DNA of 64,000 nucleotides from Eledone cirrhosa (taxonomy: Eukaryota). Positions 1 to 13,334 of this stretch are shown one piece after another (positions within the stretch are counted from its first letter, which is position 1; every line of letters starts with the position of its first letter). Location: the NCBI GenBank assembly GCA_964016885.1, contig OZ024741.1, positions 344,410,001-344,474,000 on the forward strand, given 5' to 3'. Made by a program: the position numbers and the translations under genes. Under the pieces are notes generated by a model. The model did no database searches. It saw only the letters and a program-made list of their open reading frames with translations, and was not told the origin of the DNA.

Positions 1-1380
1 TTGTAGATAATGTCGCGCTAACCATCTTCCACTGAAGTATACTGCATATGAGCCAGGCTCAGGAAGTCCTCAGACATGAAGTCTCTGTACTTGACCCATA
101 AAGATTTGGGATCACCCAATTCACACTTTTGAAGCAAAATGGCAAAGAGTTCCCGTAGAACTTTAGGTGATTTCAACAAAGCACGCTCTGTTAAAGTGGA
201 ATCCCATTGCGAATCATCTTCCAAAAGACCACGCTTAAAGCAGGCTTCCCGGTACGTATCACATATTTCTCCATCAGCAGTTTTGAGGTCCTGAAAACTT
301 TGTGGGCCTACAACTTCATGCAAAAGAAGGCGGAGATGAAAGCACTCATGCTGACTTGGGGGCACAGTGTAAACCCTTCCAAGACAGCTGTCAAATTTTA
401 CACCTGGATGTCTTTCAACAGCCTGACCTGACTTTCTTCGCACCTAAGTGTTTTTCGACCATATAAAGTACGATGGAACCTGGGGGTACACAATTATTTG
501 CGCAAATGTATCGAACTGGTAAAGTTTGAAGAAACCCGTCAGAGTGGTCTCTTTCGGATCGGCGGTCAACTTAGCGGCGGTTTGGTCCGTAAAGTAAACC
601 CTTTGCCCATTTTCCAAATGTACCGCAAGGTGTACGATGGCGGGGTGCCGTTAGTGTAGGGGTAAACCAAATAGGCGCCAAAAAGCTTCATTGCTACTGA
701 TGTACCGCCCCGCCAGGTATTCTGTGACCTCGTCCCTGCTATTTTCAGCTTGAAATGCGAACATTGTGGCATCAGAGCCCTTATTTACATATTTGCATAT
801 GTATTATATCGACTTGACGGAGTTGCAAAACTCAACGTTGATGTGGGCCTTGAAGATCTTCAAGAGAAGCGGGCAGTAAGGGACCACCCATCTATTGTCG
901 ACTTGACCTCCCCTTACTTTTGTGGTGAAGCCACCATTCTCGGGCCGTCTCCGCCTGTACAGGGGATACCGGTCACCACCAGTCTGAGTCTGGTCAACAA
1001 ATATTTGGGGGTATCCCTCACTGCACGACCCCCCTTTCAGACACGTGTGATGCTCATTAGGACCCGACGCACACGGGCCATGTTAGCTTTGACGATGTCA
1101 TGTAATTCCTGGTCAGTTGCTGGGTTAGGGATTTCAGCCAAAATGAAGCTGTCTATGGTATTTGAATTGATTTTATCAGCTAACCAAATCAAAATGTGAG
1201 CATGTGGCAGCCCTCGTTTTTGCCATTCGACAGTGAACATGTCACATTTTACAGCCCCAATTACCTGACCCTTTTTGATTAAAGCCATGAGTTTAGCCAG
1301 TTTCAGTCTGAACACTGGCAATGAGGTCATGTCTGTTCGAATAATTTTGCCCCGGAAAAAGTTCACTGGTTACATTCCGA
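1..1380 (-). mobile_element. Helitron Rep/helicase fragment, frameshifted
   Basis: ORF 1037-1366 contains the HUH Rep motif VEWQKRGLPHAHILIWL. ORF 18-443 contains GRVYTVPP..HECFHLRLLLHEVVGPQSFQDLKT...YREACFKRGLLEDD, the typical Helitron Rep-helicase linker. The frame is broken. Confidence 0.9.
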
Positions 1381-2047
1381 TTCATATATCTATAGCATTA
1401 ATCTGTTATATGAAGTGTTATTTTGCGGGTTGTTATTTGCAATAAGCCGGTTGAAAATGCCCCAGATAAGCCGTATGTCAATACGGAACGCTCCACTGCA
1501 GTGTTGTCATATAGGGAGTGAAGAGCAACAGAGAGAGTAAAGCAGTTAAATTATAGAGAGAGGGAATATACGGAACGCTCCATTTGATCATAAACATTGT
1601 TTCTCTCTATGCAGTGTTGTCATATAGGAAGTGAAGAGCGACAGAGAGAGTAAAGCAGTTAAATTATAGAGAGGGGGAATGATCATGATCGATTTTTGCC
1701 CTTTTTGTTGATGGATTTGAAATTTTTTTGCTCCATGACCTTTTCCCGACGAAAAGCAATAATTGTCCCGACTTTGAATAGAATCCGTTGGAAATTGTGG
1801 ACGTGAATCCGTTACAAACCTTAACACACACATCCTCAGATTTATATATATAGATACATATATACATACATGCATATACATACATACATATAGATAGAGA
1901 TATATGCAGCATAGTATGAAAATTATAACTCATACATACATGTAACATACGCATTAACATACGTACATACATACCTGCATACATACATACGTACGTACAT
2001 ACGTACATTCATATATACATACATGCATACATAAATACATACATACA

Positions 2048-3352
2048 TGATAGCTGCAACTTGGTCTCGAGTAATGCCATCACTTGATCTTTAAGCATGA
2101 GCTCACGGACCTGGCTTTTTAGTCCTGCTAGGAAGTTGCCTGTGGCTAGCAATACCATGCATCGCAAAAAATGCCACATATCAAGCGATGCCTGTGCTTG
2201 AAGCTTTTGTTTGTGAGGAAAGGCTTTCCACATACATACATACATACATACATACATACATACATACATACATACATACATACATACATACATACATACA
2301 CACATACATACATACATACATACACACATAAATACATAAATAAATACATACATACATACATACATACATACATACATACATACATACATACATACATGGT
2401 GGCTGCCAACTCGTTTTCGAGTACGGCCACTACTTTATATCCATGTAGCAGAACCCCTACCGATGCGCTGAACGAATGTGAATTTTTAGTCCAGCCAGCG
2501 ACTTGAAAACTCTGGTACAAACACTACACTTGTGACAATTATTGACACAGTGCTGGGCCCATGGTACTATGTGACGGCAAGTGCAGAGAGTTCTCCAGAT
2601 ATAAAGCAATGCCTGTGCCGTGAAGCTTTTATAGTGAGCAAAGGCACTGCACAAAGCCAGTCCCACTCTCTTAACCAAGATGATATTTACCAAAAAGAAG
2701 AACAAGTCAACATCATTGGATACCATCAGGGTTGCAGGTGTTATATCAGAGTTTTCCTTCTCCTAGAATTCTGCCTTGACAAAGGCTAAGGGGTCATCTC
2801 TCCCAGTGATTTTGGATGGCCATTGACTCTTAAGAGCTCCTTTGCCCTTTGCATACATACATACATACATACATACATACATACATACATACATACATAC
2901 ATACATACATACATACATGATGGCTGCAAACTCTGCTAAGAGTATTGCATTCGCTTGTAACAGATCCTGAACAAGCAATGCCTGTGCTTTGAAGTTTTTT
3001 TAAGTGGGGAAAGGCCTTGCACTTGACCAGTCCCACTCTCTGAGCATCGAAAACACTACCTGAAAAGGAGAACTGGTCAACATCATCGGATGCTTCCGAA
3101 GCCGCAGGTTTTTTTCCAGAGTTTCCCTCTTCTAGAAAGGTGCTGTGACAACAACTGGGGGCCTTACACTCCCAGGTGAAAAAAAGCACTATTTGGATGG
3201 CCGTTGTCTCTGCTGAGATCCTCCGCCCCTTGCCAGGTTTGTTTTCATCCCGCAGGGTGTCCAAATATCACCCTCCTCATCAAGCAAGCTTGGTGGGGTT
3301 GCCGATTTAGTCGCCGACGATCGACCATGAGACAGCTTGTACTGAGTTACAT
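2048..3352 (-). mobile_element. Three tandem related non-autonomous retroelement copies (RTE-like 3' end, C2H2 finger remnant), each ending in an (ATGT)n tail
   Basis: Segments 2048-2230, 2397-2851 and 2918-3352 share CAATGCCTGTGC..GAAG and begin CATG(A/G)T(A/G)GCTGC directly after (CATA)n. The two longer copies also share CCAGTCCCACTCTC. The middle copy encodes CSVCTRVFKSLAGLKIHIRSAH followed shortly by a stop. Confidence 0.6.
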
Positions 3353-3481
3353 GTTACCAGTAGCAATCGTACATACATACATACATACATACATAATACA
3401 TACATACATACATACATACATACATACATACATACATACATACATACATACATACATACATACATACATACATACATACAT

Positions 3482-6400
3482 AGACAGTCAACGCGATCAG
3501 TCGCATATTTTGGCGTGGGAGACTATTTATTAAATTTAAGATGAATACTATCTCCGACAGTAATGCCACAACTACAGTCATGTTGAATGATTGGTTATTC
3601 TTCTAACTATATCTTCTGAAGACACCTTTTATTCGAATTCGTAGAGATATCCGACTAAATACATAATTCATTTTACAAGGACTTGCTACAAAGGCGTATG
3701 GCTGAACACAACATCAACAACAAAATTAAGGAAGTATCGAAGACAACCGACAAGAAAGGTAAACAAACTTTATTCAGTTGTAGCTACAGAAGAGACCGAA
3801 ATTATAAATTGCATTTCTCTTGGAGTTGCGAACTTAATAATGATTTATTTAATTGTTATAAAATGGCAAAAAACAATTCCTCCATTGGCTATATGAACAG
3901 AATGAAGCTACACTGAGACGAAATGCACCCAGAGCTAAATTATTTCACAGCGAAACAATTACGCCAAGAAGCGACGTTTGTTGAACGTAAAAATAAGATA
4001 AATAGTATTAATTGTAAGTCCCCCACAACAAACATGGGATCAACAACACGTGCTACAGGTCGCCATGCTACTAGACTTCCTGGCAGCCATGTCGAACAGC
4101 GCCTTGAAACAACTATGCCTGTAAGAAACTTGACACCACCTGTACCATTTAAGTTTACCTCGAATGCTGGGGAAAACACTATCGATAATAATAAAAATCG
4201 AAGAAATAATAATAATCGAAGAAATTTGACACCACGTGTACCATCCGAGTCTACCTCGACTGTTGTGGAAAATACTATCGATAATGATAATAATCAAAAG
4301 TATAAACAATTGAAAATTTCCTTCAACGAAATCTTCCAGAGAGAAATTAATTCATGTATAAATACCTCTCTTGCTGAACGTATTAAAACGACAATGTTTC
4401 ATAAAAAACAAAACAAATAATGAAATATTACGTGTTATTGACGAAATAGGGGATGAATATTTACGACAGATAAAAACCCCAACATTTTGGCAAATCAACG
4501 CCTGTTGACGACAGTGAAGCATTATCTTGGTGATAGCAGAGATATTAACAAGAACAGAACACCACCAAAAATACCATCATATACTGTATAACTAAAATAG
4601 AAAAAAGAGTGCTGACCTACGAAAAACCATAGGATATGTGACAATGCTCCTTACATGCAAACAAACACAAAAAAACCTCACTCCTCACCAACAAAGAGTG
4701 AAAAATAAAATAGAGACGATGTTTGGAAACAGTAGAACCAGAACTCTTCAATATAAGCTGATCGCGCTCAAACAAGAATTGAGAGCTGTTAGCGAAAAAC
4801 GCCGATACCTGAAGAAGGTAGATGAGAGAGAAGTGCTTAATAAAAGATTCAGACGAAACCAAACAACAGTCTATAGAGATATGAAGAACAAAATAATAAG
4901 TGTTACTGAGGCCCCATCCCAGAAAGACATAGATTCCTTTTGGAGCAAAATATAGGGTGAAAAGAAGAATTTCAACCAGGATGCAGTGTGGCTAAGAGAA
5001 ATCCGAAAGAACTATTGCTCCTACACTACAACAAAAACATACGAAATAAGTGAGGGTACCCTTGAGACTGTGATAGGAAAACTCCAGGATAAGAAAACAC
5101 CAAGAAGAGACATGATTGTCGGCTACTGGTACAAAAGACTGATATTCTATCGGGGGTATCTTACTGACCTCTACCAACAAGTTCTTAAGGGAGATACACT
5201 TATACCAGAATGGTTGACATTAGCACAAACATTACTGGTCCCCAAGAACAAAGACACCCACTTGGCAAAAAAACTACCAACCCATTGCATGCCAGAACCT
5301 GATGTATAAGTTGTATACAGCCAGCCTGAACCTATTCCTCCAAGATCACTGTGAAAATAATAACATCTTCACAGATGAACAAGCAGCTGGAAAGAAAGGG
5401 GTTTGGGTATGTGCTGAACAACTCCTAATCAACAAAACTGAGATGTCGGTGGTGCGACAACTTAGGAGGAATATCGCTACAGTCTGGCTGGACTACAGGA
5501 AAGCTTTCGATTCTGTTCTCCACTCTTGGATGATAGAGGCCCTCCAACTTGCTAAAGTCCCAGACATTATTGTCAGAACCATATAGAAGCTATCTTCTTC
5601 TTGGGCTAAAGGGATGACTCTATTTTCACTGATAAAATAAAATATTGAAGGGGTATATTTCTGGGGGACAGTCTCTCATCTTGTCATTAAACCCCTTGTC
5701 CGTTCTGCTCAAGAAATGTGAGGGATACATCATTGGCTCACAGGAGGACAGAAATACGAACCCAACCCATAATTTCTTTGTGGGCGATCTGAAACTCTAT
5801 GCCAAGAACATGGATGGGATGAAGAAAAATCTTGACCTGGTTACAACGTTCTCAAAGGATATAGGAAGGGAGTTTGGCTAAGATAAATGCTCATACATGA
5901 CTGTAAAGCGGGGAAAAACTACAACCCAATCTAGCAACATTGTCATCACTGGTCTAACTTTTCCACCGATATCAGATGAGGTCTGCTACAGATACCTGGG
6001 GATAGATGAAAACATATCCTATAATGGTATCTGTAATAAAGAACGCGTAACCAGGGAATACTACACCCGATTAAGAAAGATCTGGTCATTGGAACTCTGC
6101 GCAAAACAAAACAGTGGCTCACAATGTGTTTGCTGTCCCTGTCCTAACACCAACGTTTGGAATACTCAATTGGACGATAGACGAATTCCGAGCAGTTGAT
6201 GTTGGAACTCGAAAAATACTAAACAACACCGGAAACTTCCACATCAACAGTGACATAGACCGCCTTTACTTGAAACGTAAGCAGGGAGGCAGAGGGCTAA
6301 CATCAGTCCAGACAACATTTGAATGTCGCATCATATCTCTCCGACAACATCTACGAACCTCGAAGCGTAGGAGTCCGTTTCTCGAGCAAGTCTATCTGCA

Positions 6401-7580
6401 TGAAACAGATAAGATCATGAGAGTTGGGAAGGAACTCCTCGAGAGATATTCCCTGTGTGATAATCAAAAACTCACACCCAGGGAAGTCGCTCAGCAGTAT
6501 CGCAGTGAATCCATGGATGAAAAACTGCATGCTTATCAGCAAAAAATCATGCATGGATATGTTGCCAGGAAGCTCCAGAGTGAGGGTAATATAGATAAGG
6601 AAAGTAGTCTATCTTGGACCAACAACCGCTATATAGGCTCCTACTTTGAAGGATACGCTTTTGCAATCCAAGAACAGGAGATTAATACGAAATACTTGAT
6701 TCACAAAAGAGATAGGGATGCAGGCAAAACACCTAGATGTGATAACAAGTACAGACTCTGCAGAACTAACATCGAGGATATCACCCATGTCATCAGCAGC
6801 GGCCCAAAGATGTCATCGCGGTACTATCTACCTATGAGGCATGATGTAGTGGCAATAACACTGTACAATGCAGTTCGTAAAAAAGATAGCCCCGATAATA
6901 AACACATTAAAAGCTACAGCAATGTGGAAGACATCCATGTACATAATATGAAAGAGTACTGGTGGAATGTTCCACTAAAAACCCCAATAAAATGCAGGCA
7001 TAACGGACCAGATATTATGATATGGAACAGGGAGAAGAAAACATGCACAGTAGTGGAAATTAGCTGCCCAGCAGATGCCAATATAATATCAAAGATTAGC
7101 GAAAAGGAGAATATTTATGCAGAACTGATGAGAAATCTGCAGATACTCCACCCTGATTACACCTTCAGATTTATGCCTGTGATTATTGGGGCACTGGGGT
7201 ATGTTAGTAACTGCCTCAATACAAATCTTGAGAAGCTAGGCTTCACATGAACAGAAAGAACACAACTAGTTAGGAAATTGCAAGTACAATCCATTAATGG
7301 AACAGTAAAAATATGTAAAACATTCCAAAAATGTTGCATCTAATAACTGCATATACACATGTACAGATGCAAAGCATATACACATGCACACATACAACTC
7401 AAAACATACACATCCACACATACAATAACATCCATATCTACACATGCATGCATGCAGACATGCATACATATCTACCTAGTTGATGTTGCGTAAATTCCAA
7501 TGAAAGAGTCTTGTGTCTATGTTAGAAACCGACTCTCCCTTTATTGGGAAAAAGTTTGTGAAATTATAAAACCAGAAGAA
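3482..7580 (+). mobile_element. R4/Dong-clade non-LTR retrotransposon (RT + restriction-like endonuclease), near full length, degenerate
   Basis: N-terminal WSCELNNDLFNCY..GYMNRMK. RT motifs WLDYRKAFDSV and HNFFVGDLKLY. ORF 6114-7250 has RLYLKRKQGGRGL, a zinc knuckle remnant RLCRTNIEDITHVISS, RHDVVA and PDIMIW...VVEISCP (PD-(D/E)xK type). (TACA)n lies on both flanks. Confidence 0.9.
6114..7250 (+). pseudogene. RT C-terminus, zinc knuckle and RLE domain of the R4/Dong element
   Basis: 378-aa open segment with RHD and PD..E motifs. The upstream part of the ORF has stops and frameshifts. Confidence 0.85.
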
Positions 7581-7744
7581 CATACATACATACATACATT
7601 TGTGTGTCAAATGTGAGATCCCTTACGTAGCTGCTAATCGTGCCAGAAATGACTTCCATGTTTCCCTCAAAACACTCTCCGTCGTATTAATAACGTGAAG
7701 GACATACTGATATCTCATGAAGCAGAACATACCAGGCATCCCTC

Positions 7745-8460
7745 CTAACCACAAACACGTAAATGGAATATATTACAACAGCAGCAAAATTAAAAAAAAC
7801 TCTATATCAACATAAAACGACAAATTTTCAGACCTCAGGACGTACTTTAGACAACCAATGGAATGTACAATTTTAGATGTAACATTAAAGTTCTATTCTT
7901 CATTACTCAAACTATTATATCGGACACATAAGGAAGACGTTTTTTCATGCATTTACAACCAACATTGATCATGCATTTACAACCAAAAACCATTGACACC
8001 CATCGTAATATATTATATAGATAAGAAAAGTAGATATAAAAACATTAGTTGACAACACTGCCATTGTATGTAGAGTTCCAGAAAAAGCGAGGAGAATGTT
8101 AATGGAAGTTTTATTAATTGAAAATCACAAACCAAAAAATGAACACCTGGGTAGAGCATGCGTGAAATTAACTATGAAATCTTTTACAAGTTAACTGGGA
8201 AATAATTCTTTAGTCAGGAGTTGTCGATACCAACATTTCCATGATCTTTGCAACCTAGTGCAAAGCGCATTGGCAACGTGCCATTTTTACCATTATTTCA
8301 TTTAGATTATGAGGCCTGGAAGATCAAGAAAAGTTAATGGATATAGAAACGGTATTGTTCTAAACTAAACATAAGAGCCTAATATGAAAATATGAAAAAT
8401 CCTTAATAAAAAGATTAAACAGATGCATCTTTAATATAACATGTTCTAAAGAAACGGTGT
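7745..8460 (+). mobile_element. Penelope-like element remnant (GIY-YIG C-terminus)
   Basis: Manual translation across frameshifts gives NGMYNFRC ... YYIGH ... EKARRMLMEVLLIENHKPK, matching the GIY, YIG and R..E...I....P.N motifs. Confidence 0.55.
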
Positions 8461-8619
8461 TCCCTATTTAAACACACACACATATGCAGAGAGGTCCTCA
8501 TACATACACACACACATGTAGTAGAGAAGTAATAATTTCAAAGAGGTCAGGTGATGAGAGTTCTTGTTTTTGTAGTAGGCGTTCAACATATTGGATTCTG
8601 TTGAACATACAAACGAGTT

Positions 8620-8650
<31 letters not shown>

Positions 8651-8670
8651 GGGGGGGGGGGGGAGGGGTG

Positions 8671-8758
8671 TAGAAAAGCTTCTACGGGACTAGAACTGTT
8701 TCATTCATGCGAAATTTCGCATGAATGAAACAGTTCTAGTCCTGTAGAAGCTTTTCTA
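8671..8758. repeat. Near-perfect 44-bp-arm hairpin made of a hammerhead 3' half (PLE fold-back)
   Basis: Palindrome centred on GAAA|TTTC at 8714/8715. The arm GAATGAAACAGTTCTAGTCCTGTAGAA matches the intact hammerhead at 51615-51667. Confidence 0.85.
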
Positions 8759-8843
8759 TATTAAACATTTATACTCTGCTATGTATTGAGTACCTTACTT
8801 ACTGTGGTTACCTCCGATTGAACCCTGATTAACTTATATATAT

Positions 8844-8874
<31 letters not shown>

Positions 8875-8892
8875 TAATATATATATATATAT

Positions 8893-9531
8893 ATATATGA
8901 ATGTATATATAGTGTATTTTGCAATACACTGTATGCTTAATTAAAAGCATTTCGAAGACCTTATGCTATTGTTTTAGAGTGGTGACAGACTCACTTACTT
9001 TAATTTTCAGCAAACAGCGGGAGATAAAGCTGACAAGGCCTTGTTTCGCATTTATTGCTGTTTGCTGAAAATTAAAGTAACTGAGTCTTTCACTACTCTA
9101 AAACAATAGCATAAGGTCTTCGAAATGCTTTTAATTAAGCATACAGTGTATTGCAAAATACACTATATATACATTCATATATATATGGCTATTTCAGAGC
9201 ACCAATTCTAATTTTCAATTTCTGCTTGACCGGCAACCGCTCTGTATAATCAGTTCCTGATTATTTACTAGAATTCTATAAGAACCAAACATCCATGATT
9301 TCAGCAAACAGGAAGAGAAGTTGGCTTTGATAAGCATCAATACATGCGAAACAAGACCTTGTCAGCTTTATTTCCCCCCTGTTTGCTGAAAATTAAAGTA
9401 AGTGAGTCTGTCACTACTCTAAAACAATAGCATAAGGTCTTCGAAATGCTTTTAATTAAGCATACAGTGTATTGCAAAATACACTATATATACATTCATA
9501 TATATATAGCTATTTCAGAGCACCAATTCTA
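8893..9531. mobile_element. PLE-type inverted plus direct pseudo-LTR arrangement with a mutated hammerhead
   Basis: 8893-9018 is the reverse complement of about 9058-9185, which is directly repeated at about 9379-9531. 9323-9367 reads GGCT-TTGATAA-GCAT.ATGC-GAAAC-AAGACCTT-GTC-AGCT, with the core mutated from CTGATGA. Confidence 0.7.
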
Positions 9532-9921
9532 ATATATATATATATATATAAATGTGTGCGTAAGTACATACATGTATGTACTTACGCACACATTTTTTCA
9601 CTATACACATGTGTGCATTTGTAGGTGCATATACACACATTTATACACATACCCTTACTATATTTCCTTATTTTATTTTTATATATCTCTTGCATTACTT
9701 TTATTTATATATTTTTTTTGCCCGTTAAACTTTTTCAAATATTTCACTATGTTTTAAATTGCCTTGTCTGACGAACGAATGAGGACGTTTCTTGTATTCG
9801 TCTTATTTGGGAAACCTCTGTTAATGAGGTAATTATATTGTATTGTTTATTATACATTATATATATATATATACATAAATATATATATATATATACATAC
9901 ATATATATACATATATATATA

Positions 9922-9989
<68 letters not shown>

Positions 9990-10722
9990 CACACACACAC
10001 AGACACATATGTGTGTGTGTGTCTGTGTGTGTGTGTTGCGCAATGAAAACATCAAACAAAGTTTAGTGCTTAATCAATTCATTGTTTTACGATCGTTTCA
10101 GAAGGTTGACAGATCATGATTAATCGATATTTTAGCTAATCGATAGTAGTTATGCACCTCCATATTACTAGTGTCGATACTTGTCTCTGGCGTAGACGGT
10201 AAGATATATCTAGAATACCGAGACTAATAATATAGAGTTACATAAGTACAATCGATTAGTCACTAAATGGATGAGACCTAGCCACTAATCTCTAAATAGA
10301 TGTGACTCAGCCATTAATCTCGTGCTCCATTTAAACTCGTAGAATAAAAAGGAGACAACAACGCTAAAACTCATCGGAACAATTTCCATAAATATTTTTA
10401 TAAAAAAGGTAAAGAGAGGCTAAAGTTTCGACGGTGTGATAAACAAAATTCAGAATCAGTAGGCTAAGAGCCAGGTATCTCGTTTGATTTTTTTTTTATT
10501 AATTTTCACTATCCACCACTCCTGCAATGGTACTTTATTTATCGACTCCAAAATGATGGAAGGCAAAATTGATTTCGGCAGAATCTGAACTTATAAAACA
10601 GGGAATTGGAATGTATACCATCAGGCTCTAAAGGATTTGGTTATTCCTCGTCTTGGCGAAAGCACTATAGCTATATTCATTAAAAAATGTGGATAATATT
10701 TATACTGTGTATTGATAAAGTA

Positions 10723-11005
10723 TGGAGGCACGTGGCCTATTGGTAAAGGTGCTGGACTTACGAGCATAATGTCATGGGTTCGATTCCTGGGTTGCGTGTT
10801 GTGTTCTTGAGAAAAAAACTTCATTTCACGTTGCTCCAGTATACTCAGTTGAAAATAAATACCAGCAACAACTGGGGGTTTAACCCTGCGATGGACTGCC
10901 GTCCTGTCCAGGGGAAGTCTTGTACTCTCAGTCGCTTTTCGCCATGAAACCGGCATAAGCACCGGCCAAATGAGCCTTCTGGCTTAAGACAGACTTTAGA
11001 CTTAG
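10723..11005 (+). mobile_element. tRNA-derived SINE, full length with TSD
   Basis: A box (TGGCCTATTGG) and B box (GTTCGATTCC), AGACTT tail, and a 12-bp TSD ATTGATAAAGTA at 10711-10722 and 11006-11017. Confidence 0.9.
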
Positions 11006-11322
11006 ATTGATAAAGTAGCGGCGATGATTCTATATCGCCTTTAAATTTAAGACATTCTACTTCGGAGCGGTGGATTGGCAGAATGATTGCTTTGGGCTAT
11101 TTATTCCGCGTTCTGTGTTCAAATCTTGACGAGCTAAACTTATCGAAGACGATAAAATAAAGTAAAAGTCAAGTACTGGGGTTGTTGTAAAGGAGGGCTT
11201 CCTCTTTACAGATATTTGGCCTTAAGTCTGGTTTTTAAAAAAATCAACCTTTATATTGGAATATTGAAAGAACGAAATAAGTTTCAGCTTTGAAAAATGA
11301 AATAACATTTCTCTATTTAGAT

Positions 11323-11668
11323 CAGAGTTTCTCAAAGCTTTTTGGCCACCACACCACTCACGGCCACGTAATACGCTCAACGCCCCTAACCCCTATTTCC
11401 AAAGAAACCTGCCTACATCTAAATTGCAAATAATATATAATAAATAAATCGTTAATTTATATATGATAAATAATTTAATATATACTACGTAGAAATAAAT
11501 ATTATATATTTTTTTATGTTACTATATTTATATATAATATGTATCATTTGATATTTAATATGTTATTATATCATCTCTATCTCCCAACACCCTCTAAGGT
11601 CTCAGCAACTCACTGGACCTTCTCAATGCCCCCAGGAGGGTCGTTAGCACCCACTTTGAGAACCTATG
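11323..11668. mobile_element. hAT (Charlie-type) MITE
   Basis: Imperfect TIRs CAGAGTTTCTCAAAG / CTTTGAGAACCTATG and an exact 8-bp TSD ATTTAGAT at 11315-11322 and 11669-11676. Confidence 0.85.
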
Positions 11669-11699
11669 ATTTAGATGATCAAAATATGGAACCACATCA

Positions 11700-12480
11700 A
11701 GGATAAAACTACATCGACTTATGCTTTATACATAGAGGTGATACTGCATCGACTTATAATATTCATATGGCATAGATATATATACCATGCATATATTATA
11801 GATACTATATAACCTTATATCATACACATAGCATAAACATACACCGACTTATACTATAAGCATAGCATAAACCTACATCAACTTATACAATACGCATAGC
11901 ATAGGCTTACATCGCCTTATACACTTATACACAACATAAACATACATCGACTTATACACATAGCATAGACACTACATCGACTTATACTATACACAGAATA
12001 GATACTACATCGACTATGCTATACACATAACATAAATACTACATCGATTATGCACTTAGTTTAATTACTATATCGACCTATACACAAATCATAGACACTA
12101 CATCGACTTATACTGTATACATAGCATAGATACTACATTGATTATACACTTAGTATAATTACTATATCGACTTATACACAAGGCATAGACACTACATCGA
12201 CTTATACTATACACATAGCATAGATACTACATCGACTATGTTATACACATAGCATAGATACTACATCGACTGATACTACACAAATAGCATAGATACTACA
12301 TCGATTTATACTATACAAAGCATAGACAATACATCGACTTATACTATATACATCGCATATAGATACTACATCGACTTATACTATACACATAATATAGATA
12401 CTACATTGATTATACACTTAGTATAATTACTATATCGACTTATACACATAGCAGAGACACAGCTTCGTATTTCATTATAC
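11700..12480. repeat. Degenerate minisatellite, unit about 28-35 bp (GCATAGATACTACATCGACTTATACTATACACATA)
   Basis: The core ACTACATCGACTTATAC recurs at regular spacing. Confidence 0.85.
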
Positions 12481-12937
12481 ACATAGGCAATCTAAATATT
12501 TTACAGCATTATAACATACGTACAGAAAACTAGAATTTCGCTGCAAATTATTTAAAATGACAACAACAACAACAACAAAAAACAAAATAAAGAAACATAC
12601 AATAATTTCTCAAGGCTGTCATGCTTCCTTAATATTCCATTCACCTTTATTTCATAAGCCTATTTGCAACAACAATAATAATAATATCGTTTTATTATCA
12701 TTATTATCATTATTATTATTACTTTTATTATAACAACGACAAGAACATAACTGTAGTAAAAAGAAACAAGCAGAAATCTATAGTCGAATGCCCAAATGAC
12801 AATTAGATATGTCATGACCTCTGGTAAGGTAATTTGCACGAATTTAATTAGAAGCCAAAACATGAGCCTCCAAGGAAGGAACACACACATACACACACAC
12901 ACACTCAAACACACACACTCATACACACACACACACT

Positions 12938-13002
<65 letters not shown>

Positions 13003-13334
13003 TCATGCTTACACACACACAGAGAAGTAAACCAAACAGACAAATACACAAAAAATAGACAGAATTACCGTAGAGAATAATAACACGATTCTACTGAAAC
13101 CAATAAGAAAAATAAAAACGTCATTGTTAAAGAAAGAAAAACAAAATTTTAAGCCAACGGTGGAGTCACTACGTGGTTGCTTAATCTGCTAGAAATAACA
13201 ACCAAATCTCCCTCATAATCATATTTTAAGTCACATGAAATAATGTTGCCATCGAAAGACATGATGGTCACGACTAGAATGATTTTGATCAGAATTCTGC
13301 TCAATTAGATCTGACACAGGACTAAACAACAATA

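Noticed and set aside
9760-9836. CTGACGA...GAAACCTC...GAGGTA hammerhead candidate
   Set aside because: Stems II and III are plausible, but stem I does not pair convincingly and extra bases precede GAAA.
11700-12480. Possible repeat-spacer array
   Set aside because: The intervening sequences are variants of one unit, so it is a degenerate minisatellite.
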